From Elusimicrobiota bacterium (GTDB taxonomy: Bacteria > Elusimicrobiota > Elusimicrobia > Elusimicrobiales > UBA9959): a DNA stretch of 52,106 nt. The first letter of the stretch is position 1. Every line of letters starts with the position of its first letter. Under the pieces are notes generated by a model. The model was given only the letters and a program-made list of their open reading frames with translations, was not told the origin of the DNA and made no database searches. Location of the stretch: positions 1 to 52,106 of the forward strand of contig JBAXKK010000005.1 in NCBI GenBank assembly GCA_037137395.1. The letters are read 5' to 3'. This document shows, in pieces, positions 45,168 through 52,106 of this stretch. Both the position numbers and the translations under genes were made by a program.

Positions 45168-46310
45168 ATGGCCGTTAAAATATTAAAAGGCTCCATCCTT
45201 ATCCACCGCGTCTTCGATGTGGGCGGAGAAGTGAACTTATCGCGGGCTGAGAAGCTGCTGAGCGAAGATTCCAAGCGCCTTAACCTCACCACCGACACCC
45301 GAAAAGCCATCATAATAAAGGACGCCCCGCTTAAAGTGGAACTGGGGACGGGCGTCATGGAAATTAGCGGAGCTCCATTGCAGGTCAGCACCTTTGCGCG
45401 CATATGGTCATACGGAGTTATGTCTATCACGCTGGAGTTGACCATCCCTGGCGGAACTTCGTGGGGGGAATTGGTGCTGCTGGCTCAGGGCATAGAAGCT
45501 TCCGGCGATATCCACAAAGCGGCCGTGGCGGCGAAAGACGCCCTAAAAAAGCGGGTCCTTGCCGCGATAAGCAAGCCCACCGAATGGGCGGCATATGAAG
45601 ACTACATAACCTATTTTATAGAAAAGATGGAGGGCGTGGCGAATCCCCGCGAACTGCTGGAAAAAGCGGATGTGCCGGCCCTTATACTGGCTGAAGGCAG
45701 GGAGCCTTTATCCGAAACCTCAAGAGACCTGATAATGGAAAATGTTCTGCAGTACGCCGACAACGACCTGGCCGTCATAGACTGGAACTCCGCGCTTCTG
45801 ATCGAGCCCGATGGCCAGCGCGACGTGGCGGATGTCATAGAATTCTCGCTCACCCACCTTCTGGAATTCAGATATTACGACGATCTGCTTAACCTAAAGC
45901 TGGATGAGCTCTATGACACTATTGAGCAGAAAAAGGAAGGCGTGATTAATATTTTCAGGAATTTTTACGCCGACATAGCCGAGGAATCCAGCACCCGGTA
46001 TATCGAGTTCTCCGAATTCCTGGGCCGGATAGAAAATTCGCTTAAGACCGTAGGAGACCCATATCTGGCCACAGTGTTCCGCTCCAGCGCAGAGCAGTTC
46101 CGCTTCGACGACTGGCGCAAAAGCATTTCCCGCAAGATGGAGACACTCGCCGACATCACGCAGATATTGCAGGGCGAAGTTAATTCAAAGCGCAGTCATT
46201 GGCTGGAAATAATTATAATCGTGCTCATCGCCTTGGAAATGGTCCCCATGTTCCTGGCTTTCAAGCAGTATATAAATCTGGAATTCTTACTTAAAGTATT
46301 CGGGAAGTGA
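45168..46310 (+). CDS. Hypothetical protein, RMD1/DUF155-like, with C-terminal TM helix
   Basis: FDVG at the N-terminus; LEFRYYD; C-terminal WLEIIIIVLIALE. Confidence 0.7.
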   Translation: MAVKILKGSILIHRVFDVGGEVNLSRAEKLLSEDSKRLNLTTDTRKAIIIKDAPLKVELGTGVMEISGAPLQVSTFARIWSYGVMSITLELTIPGGTSWGELVLLAQGIEASGDIHKAAVAAKDALKKRVLAAISKPTEWAAYEDYITYFIEKMEGVANPRELLEKADVPALILAEGREPLSETSRDLIMENVLQYADNDLAVIDWNSALLIEPDGQRDVADVIEFSLTHLLEFRYYDDLLNLKLDELYDTIEQKKEGVINIFRNFYADIAEESSTRYIEFSEFLGRIENSLKTVGDPYLATVFRSSAEQFRFDDWRKSISRKMETLADITQILQGEVNSKRSHWLEIIIIVLIALEMVPMFLAFKQYINLEFLLKVFGK

Positions 46311-47471
46311 GGTTTTAAGCCCGGCGAGATATGCCGCCTTCTCTTTACCGCTCAAGCCCCCGCTGGAGCGGTATTTTATTTTCATAAAATTCACAAAAGA
46401 ACCATTCTGTCTGACCCGGAAATCCAGGTGCGGCCCGGTGGACATCCCTGTGGAGCCCACATAAGCGATTACATCGCCCTGCCCGACCCTGCGGCCCGGA
46501 CGCATTCCTTTGGCGAACCTGCTCAGATGTCCGTAGGCCGTAACGTAACCGGCCGTATGCCTTACCTCGACATAATTTCCGAAACCGCCTTTCCGGCCGG
46601 CGTAGGTAACCGTGCCTTCAGCCACGGAGGAAACCGGCGTGCCGGTTGGCGCGGCGTAATCTATGCCCAGGTGTGGCCGTATGTACTTAAGCACCGGGTG
46701 GAAACGCTTATTGGTGAAGTAGGAGGAAATGCGGCGGTAATGCAGCGGCGCGCGCAGGAACAGACTGCGGACCGACTCACCCGCGTCGTCATAATACCCT
46801 TTGCCCCAGAACCCCGCCATCTTACGGCCGGTCTCTTCGCCTTCATACACGGCGGCCAGTATTTTTTTTGAAACTATCCTGCCATTTGGCGCTTTACTAT
46901 ATTCATAAATCAGGTCATACTTATCGCCCTTGCGCACTTCGGTGAGAAAGTCCACCGACCAGGAGAACACATCGGCGTAATCCAGGATCAGGTCGGGCGG
47001 AACGCCCAGCGCGCTCATGGATTCCCAGAGGGAGGAATCTATACTGCCGGCGACTCTGGCCGTGGCGCTGGCAACCGCCAATTCCAGAACGGAAGAAGTG
47101 TACGCGGCGGAATCCGTGGAGAGGAAAACATAGTACTGCTTCAGCTCCTTGGCAATGAACATATATTTAAACTCGGCGGCGGTTGAGAAAGCGATGGTGT
47201 ATTCGTCTTCAGGCGTGAGCCGGCGCAGGTTTAGAATATTTGAAAAGGCTCCGGAAATCCGGTAACGCTCCGCGTCAGTAAAGCCGCGCTGCTTAAGAGT
47301 GCCATCCAGACTGCCGGAGATGGTGCCGGTAGATATCACCAGCATCTTCCCGGCGCGGGCTCGCGCCGCTTCCGGCGAGGAATAGATCCGGAAGGCTATA
47401 AAAGCCGCGACCACCGCCGTCAAGGTCAGCAGCATGATAAATCTTTTGCGTTTGGCGGAAATTGTGGTCAT
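46287..47471 (-). CDS. M23 family peptidoglycan endopeptidase (MepM-like)
   Basis: RFHPV, HLGID, YGHL and STGPHLDF motifs; N-terminal TM helix. Confidence 0.92.
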   Translation of the reverse strand: MTTISAKRKRFIMLLTLTAVVAAFIAFRIYSSPEAARARAGKMLVISTGTISGSLDGTLKQRGFTDAERYRISGAFSNILNLRRLTPEDEYTIAFSTAAEFKYMFIAKELKQYYVFLSTDSAAYTSSVLELAVASATARVAGSIDSSLWESMSALGVPPDLILDYADVFSWSVDFLTEVRKGDKYDLIYEYSKAPNGRIVSKKILAAVYEGEETGRKMAGFWGKGYYDDAGESVRSLFLRAPLHYRRISSYFTNKRFHPVLKYIRPHLGIDYAAPTGTPVSSVAEGTVTYAGRKGGFGNYVEVRHTAGYVTAYGHLSRFAKGMRPGRRVGQGDVIAYVGSTGMSTGPHLDFRVRQNGSFVNFMKIKYRSSGGLSGKEKAAYLAGLKTSLPEYFK

Positions 47472-47487
47472 TGGGTGCAGCCGTTCT

Positions 47488-48984
47488 TCAGCAATATAGA
47501 AATTCTTCCACTAGCTTTTTTATCTCTTCTTCTTTCCCGTAAAGGCGTTCGCTGAGGCTGCGGTCATTATAGCTCTTGAGGCGCTTGATGAGTCCGTCTA
47601 TCACGACCGGGGTGAACACCCCTTTGTCCTCGTATATCCCGCGCGCCTTTTCAAGCTCCTGGGCTGACTCATAGCAGGACGCGGGCAGTTTGGGAAGGGA
47701 TTCATTGAGGCTTTTGTGCTCGGCTTGGGAGATGTTCTTATCCACATAAAGTTTTTTAGCGTAACCCAGCGGATCCTTCATCGTAAAGCCCTGCCTGGCG
47801 GCTACGGCCAGCCCTGCCATGAAAAGGTGGAGGTTCGCGGAGCCGTCAGCCGACCGGAACTCCACGGTCTGGCGGTGATCCACCGGCGCGGCATCCTTCG
47901 CGGCCAGCGGGTTGGCGTCCTTTATCATATTGTTGGCTTTAAGCCAGCCGAGCGGGATGCGCACCAGCGCCGAGCGGTTCCTATAGCCCCAGCAGACGCT
48001 GATAGGAGCCTCCTGATGCGGCACCAGACGAAAATAAGAAGTCGGAACGGTATTGCCGAAAGCGGTCAGGGATTTGGCCTGAGACAGGAAGCCGGCGATG
48101 AGCTTCCGGGCGGGGGAAGAGATCTCGCCGTTCTCTATCATCATATTTCTGCCGTTCTTCATGAGAGCGGTGTGAAAATGCAGCCCGGAGCCGGCGTGGC
48201 CGATTGAGATCTTGGGCGCGAAGGAAAGAGTCACACCATACTTATGACCGATGGAAGAAAGCATCCATTTGGCCACGGCCAGCTGATCGGCCGCGTCCGC
48301 GGCAGGAACCGGCAGGAACTCAATCTCCTGCTGGCTCATCTCCATTTCTTCGGTGCGGATAAAGCCGACTTCCGAGTGGCCGTATTTTATCTTCCCGCCC
48401 GCCTCGGCGATGGCGGCCATGGCTTCGGAGCGCAGTCCTTCCCATTTGGCAAAGGGATGGGCCTCGTGATACCCCTTTTGCGCGCTCATCGGATAGAGTG
48501 GATTGCGGGGGGAAATGACGTAATACTCGAGCTCTCCCAGCGCGTGAAGATCGAAGCCGGAAGTTTTGCGCAATTCCGCTGACGCGCGGCGCAGTATCTC
48601 AGCCGGAGCGTTTACGAACGGCGCGCCGTCCGGCGTATAAAAGGAACACAGGATATCCAGCGCGGGCACTTCGGAAAAAGGATTGACAAAAGCGGTCTTA
48701 TAGCGCGGCACCACGTAAAGGTCGCTGGAGGAGGCGTCTATGTTCTTAAAAAGGCTCGAGCCGTCCACGCGCTCCCCGGCAGAAAGTATCCTGTCCAGAT
48801 ACGCCTCGTCGTTAATGATGAAGTTAAGGGTTTTCAGGCGACCGTCTCCGGCAATATAACGAAAATTGACCATCCTTATGCCGTTGGCCCTGATAAAAGA
48901 AATTATGTCTTTCTTTGTAAAAATGTCCGGCGATTTATTCAGGAATGCCGCAAGCCTGTTGGCGCTTATTTTGGTTATGCTCAT
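47488..48984 (-). CDS. glnA: Glutamine synthetase family protein (GSI-like)
   Basis: VDGSSL, GELEYY, HSEVG, QQEI, AGSGLHFH, HQEAP, NRSALVRIP and EFRSADG motifs; ATG 48984 with GAGG SD. Confidence 0.85.
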   Translation of the reverse strand: MSITKISANRLAAFLNKSPDIFTKKDIISFIRANGIRMVNFRYIAGDGRLKTLNFIINDEAYLDRILSAGERVDGSSLFKNIDASSSDLYVVPRYKTAFVNPFSEVPALDILCSFYTPDGAPFVNAPAEILRRASAELRKTSGFDLHALGELEYYVISPRNPLYPMSAQKGYHEAHPFAKWEGLRSEAMAAIAEAGGKIKYGHSEVGFIRTEEMEMSQQEIEFLPVPAADAADQLAVAKWMLSSIGHKYGVTLSFAPKISIGHAGSGLHFHTALMKNGRNMMIENGEISSPARKLIAGFLSQAKSLTAFGNTVPTSYFRLVPHQEAPISVCWGYRNRSALVRIPLGWLKANNMIKDANPLAAKDAAPVDHRQTVEFRSADGSANLHLFMAGLAVAARQGFTMKDPLGYAKKLYVDKNISQAEHKSLNESLPKLPASCYESAQELEKARGIYEDKGVFTPVVIDGLIKRLKSYNDRSLSERLYGKEEEIKKLVEEFLYC

Positions 48985-49091
48985 ATCGCCCACCTCGCAA
49001 TTCAAAGAGTTTTAGCAGTAAAATTATAATAACACATTTATGATTGGGTACGGAACCACCGGAGAAATATGCCAGGCAAAACTTAAAACAG

Positions 49092-49138
49092 AATTCCCGG
49101 TTAGGTCTATGGTATTTGAAACCGGGAATTATTATAAT
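49092..49138. promoter_or_regulatory. Inverted repeat overlapping a candidate promoter in the divergent glnA / outer-membrane gene region
   Basis: AATTCCCGGTT-17 nt-AACCGGGAATT, followed by TATAAT at 49133-49138. Confidence 0.5.
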
Positions 49139-49164
49139 ATCCCAAGTTATTCAGGGAGGGCTTA

Positions 49165-50772
49165 ATGAGATTTACCGCAACATTTACAGCCGCACTCGGC
49201 CTGGCGCTCGCGGCCCCGGCCTTTACCCAGGAGGCCGCGCAGACGGCTCCGGCAAACACCAGCGAATTTCACGCTTCCAATGAATTCTCGCTGGTAAGCA
49301 ACGCGATAAGCGGCTCCGGGAAGGACGCCTCCTCGCTGACCAAAGGCCTCAAATATCTTGAAATACTAAACCTTTACGGCACTGGCACCAGGGGCGCCTG
49401 GAACTACAACTACACCGTTGGGGGCAAGGCCACGGACGACCTGCGCAACGACTCGAAAGAACTTTCTCTGACCAATATACAAGGCCGCGCCACCAATAAT
49501 ATCCACACCATAACAGTGGGCGACGTGTTTGAATCCTTTTCGCAATACGCGCTGGCAACCTCGCTGAAGGGCGGCTCTTACCGCTTTCTCAAAGAGAATA
49601 CAAAGCTGCCGGAAGTGACGGCGATCATGGGCTGGGCGTATCCCCGCTGGGATAGCGTCTGGAAAGACCCGATAACCCGCACTATCAGCCGCCAGGCGGC
49701 CGGGCTGCGCGTAAAAGAAAACATCAACGGCGACCTTTGGGCCGGCTTAAGCGCCGTGTCAGCCAAAGACACCGGTAGGCTAAGTGCTACGGACCCGCTT
49801 TACGACGCCAAAAACTACACTCTGGATTTCAATTATATTCCTATGCCTGGCCTAACAGTGGCCGGCGAGCATTCCATGTCAGATTACGACGAGGACACAG
49901 GGGCGACTTCGGAAAAGGGAAAAGCCACCCGCATAGAGCTTGTGGGTGACGCCGACCCCAGCCGCGTTTCGCTGGAATACGAAAATGTGGAACCTGACTT
50001 TTATTCGGCGCTTGGTTCGGCCAGCCCGGACCGCCGCAAGATCAAGACCAAGTGGCGCTATAAATACACAAAGCAGGTAACTTTCACGTCCGGCCTGCTC
50101 TGGTACCGCAATAATCTGGACGGCGCGAAGGACGGCACGACCAGCAACTGGAAGCCGGAAATCTCTGCTGCCATAAAAAGACCTTTCGCTTCCCGCCCCT
50201 ATTCTTTCGCGGACCTCTCTTACAAGTTTGACCGCAAATACGGCGCGGGCTCAAGCGGGGCGGACCACTACCTGAACGGCAACTACAGAGACCGCTTCGG
50301 AGAGCTGGACTCTGACACAAACCTGGGATACACGCTATACAGAACCAAGACCGGCGTGCGCGACGCGAAAGAGGTTAACTTCAACACCTCACTGAACTCC
50401 CGCCACCAGGTTAAAACCGTGGTGCTTAAGCCGTCCGTCAACCTCGGCACCTGGTATTCCAAAGATGAACTGGCGGACGAAACCGACAAACTCTACGAGT
50501 ACTCGCTCGGACTTGGCTTTGAGGCTCCGGACGCCAATCTAACCAGCGATCTGCGCTTCGGCCAAAATATGCTGCGCAAATCCGCCTCGGGCACGGACGA
50601 CTCTGATAAGTTTTTCGCCGCGCTGAACACTTACTGGCGCCCAAAGCTAATGGCGAAGCTTAACGATTCCACCATCTTTCTGCGCGCGGGCTTCAACAAC
50701 TACGCCTTTACCACCACTTCCCGCAACTTTAGAGAAAAAAGCGTTACAGTAGGAATAAACACGGCGTTTTAG
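49165..50772 (+). CDS. Probable outer-membrane beta-barrel protein
   Basis: Signal peptide; alternating amphipathic beta-strands rich in Y/F/G/N; C-terminal Phe (VTVGINTAF). Confidence 0.75.
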   Translation: MRFTATFTAALGLALAAPAFTQEAAQTAPANTSEFHASNEFSLVSNAISGSGKDASSLTKGLKYLEILNLYGTGTRGAWNYNYTVGGKATDDLRNDSKELSLTNIQGRATNNIHTITVGDVFESFSQYALATSLKGGSYRFLKENTKLPEVTAIMGWAYPRWDSVWKDPITRTISRQAAGLRVKENINGDLWAGLSAVSAKDTGRLSATDPLYDAKNYTLDFNYIPMPGLTVAGEHSMSDYDEDTGATSEKGKATRIELVGDADPSRVSLEYENVEPDFYSALGSASPDRRKIKTKWRYKYTKQVTFTSGLLWYRNNLDGAKDGTTSNWKPEISAAIKRPFASRPYSFADLSYKFDRKYGAGSSGADHYLNGNYRDRFGELDSDTNLGYTLYRTKTGVRDAKEVNFNTSLNSRHQVKTVVLKPSVNLGTWYSKDELADETDKLYEYSLGLGFEAPDANLTSDLRFGQNMLRKSASGTDDSDKFFAALNTYWRPKLMAKLNDSTIFLRAGFNNYAFTTTSRNFREKSVTVGINTAF

Positions 50773-50777
50773 CAAAC

Positions 50778-50852
50778 AGTGGTTAGTGGATAGTGATTAG
50801 TGGTTAGTGCTATAAACTTTCTGCATATGGCTTATGGCCTATAGCATATGGC
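50778..50852. repeat. Two degenerate 7-bp tandem arrays (AGTGGTT and TATGGCN)
   Basis: agtggtt-agtggat-agtgatt-agtggtt-agtg; tatggct-tatggcc-tatagca-tatggc. Confidence 0.75.
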
Positions 50853-50876
50853 AGCAAACTATGGAGATATACAATT

Positions 50877-52106
50877 ATGAAGAAATTACTATTAATAATA
50901 ACGGCGATAGTATGCATATCGGTCTCAGCCGACGCCAAATGGTGGATATTCGGGAAATCGAACGACGAGGTAGGGCTGAAATACCTTTATGTCAACAAAG
51001 CGGCCGCCGATGAAACCGGCCCTAAGATAAAAATTTTTAAAGAAACGCTGGGCGCTGACGGCCTTATAAAAATAGCAGGCAAAGCCTCCGTGGGCAAAGG
51101 CGCGGTCGGTTCGGTGCGCATAAGCCTGGACGACAAGGCCTCCTGGCTGGATGTCAAATTCGCCGAGAACGGCACTTTTGAACACGCCTTCAAACCTGAA
51201 GTCGGAAAGACCTACGCTATGCTGGTGGAAGTGACAGACACAGCCGGCAAAACGAACAAGGTTGAAGACACCCGCAAGGAAATAACACTTTCCACGGAAG
51301 ACATACAGGCGAAGGTGCGCGAAACGCTGGACGCAGTATTTGAAGCCTATAACCAGAAGAACCTGCAAAAATTCCTGGGCTATGTCGGGGAAAACTTCGC
51401 CGGAGACAAGGCCATACTTGAACGCGCCGTGAAACGCGATTTTGACGCGCTCAGCTCTATAAATATCCGCTACACCATAAACAATATTTCCGCCGGGACC
51501 CAGGGCCGTGTGTTCGTCTCGGTCACATACAACCGCACGGTGTTCTTAAATAAATCCGGCACCATAAACACGGATTCCGGTTCCACGGAATTGGTATTTG
51601 ACTCCAACGAGGGGAAATTGTCGATCTTCAGTATGAAACAGCCCCTGATGTTCGGTCTGTCCGACGCCGAAAATGTGGCGACCGGAGAGGTGATAGGGAA
51701 CACATCTTCAAATCTCGTTATTGACGAAACCGGCGGACTCGGCAGCGATATTGAGACCGTTAACATAACCTGCTCGGGCACCATGCCTTACCTGCACGGC
51801 CTGTATTATTTTTCAACAGGTCAAAAAGGCTGCCACCCCCAGGATGATATGGTCACATTCGGCGCGATGGCCGACATGTTGATATATGACACGGCCATTG
51901 AGCCCCACAACGGCCTGAAGGCAAAGACTTTTGCGGGAAAAAGCTTGTCAGCTTTATCTTCCTCAGAAGTTAAGAACACGGCCGGCTACATGGACACAAA
52001 TCCTTATACTGTTTCAACTGGGAATTCTTACGGCATTTCAATAGGCGGGGAATTCTACGGGATTGAATTTACTTCTCTGCCCGCTTCAAGCGGAGCTCAG
52101 AGCATG
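50877..52106 (+). CDS. Secreted protein, 3'-truncated (not in the ORF track)
   Basis: GGAG SD; MKKLLLIITAIVCISVSADAKWWIFG signal peptide; frame open to the window end by manual translation. Confidence 0.85.
   Translation, partial: MKKLLLIITAIVCISVSADAKWWIFGKSNDEVGLKYLYVNKAAADETGPKIKIFKETLGADGLIKIAGKASVGKGAVGSVRISLDDKASWLDVKFAENGTFEHAFKPEVGKTYAMLVEVTDTAGKTNKVEDTRKEITLSTEDIQAKVRETLDAVFEAYNQKNLQKFLGYVGENFAGDKAILERAVKRDFDALSSINIRYTINNISAGTQGRVFVSVTYNRTVFLNKSGTINTDSGSTELVFDSNEGKLSIFSMKQPLMFGLSDAENVATGEVIGNTSSNLVIDETGGLGSDIETVNITCSGTMPYLHGLYYFSTGQKGCHPQDDMVTFGAMADMLIYDTAIEPHNGLKAKTFAGKSLSALSSSEVKNTAGYMDTNPYTVSTGNSYGISIGGEFYGIEFTSLPASSGAQSM

Noticed and set aside
46287..46310. 24-bp overlap of convergent genes
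   Set aside because: Short tail-to-tail overlaps are common; no further signal

Overview
About 52 kb of core bacterial chromosome, probably from an Elusimicrobiota-like diderm (inferred from protein families and gene order, not verified). It holds part of the dcw cluster (ftsI-murE-murF-mraY-murD-ftsW-murG), an HMBD-crp-hisS-aspS-lipA block, asnS, tRNA-Ala(CGC), mltG, thpR, tyrS, priA, udg, a divergent rpoZ candidate, gmk, ppdK, an exported TldD/TldE-like pair, an MBL hydrolase, oligopeptidase B, cinA, an M23 peptidase, a glutamine synthetase and an outer-membrane/secreted gene pair. I found no integrase, transposase, phage gene or CRISPR array. The most interesting signals are mostly non-coding. 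(1) A tandem two-box inverted-repeat motif (TRGGYC-N4-GGCCYA, 24-bp period) abuts the -35 of three promoters for exported proteins with identical geometry, suggesting an uncharacterised activator regulon. (2) A structured 5' leader upstream of the MBL gene carries an anti-SD/anti-AUG element. (3) A ~360-nt highly structured element lies between tyrS and priA, and a MITE-like family is present. (4) Degenerate 7/8-bp tandem arrays occur in many intergenic spacers and in-frame within udg. (5) PriA has degenerate ATPase motifs, and the tRNA 3' end is duplicated. All calls are by eye; no searches were run.
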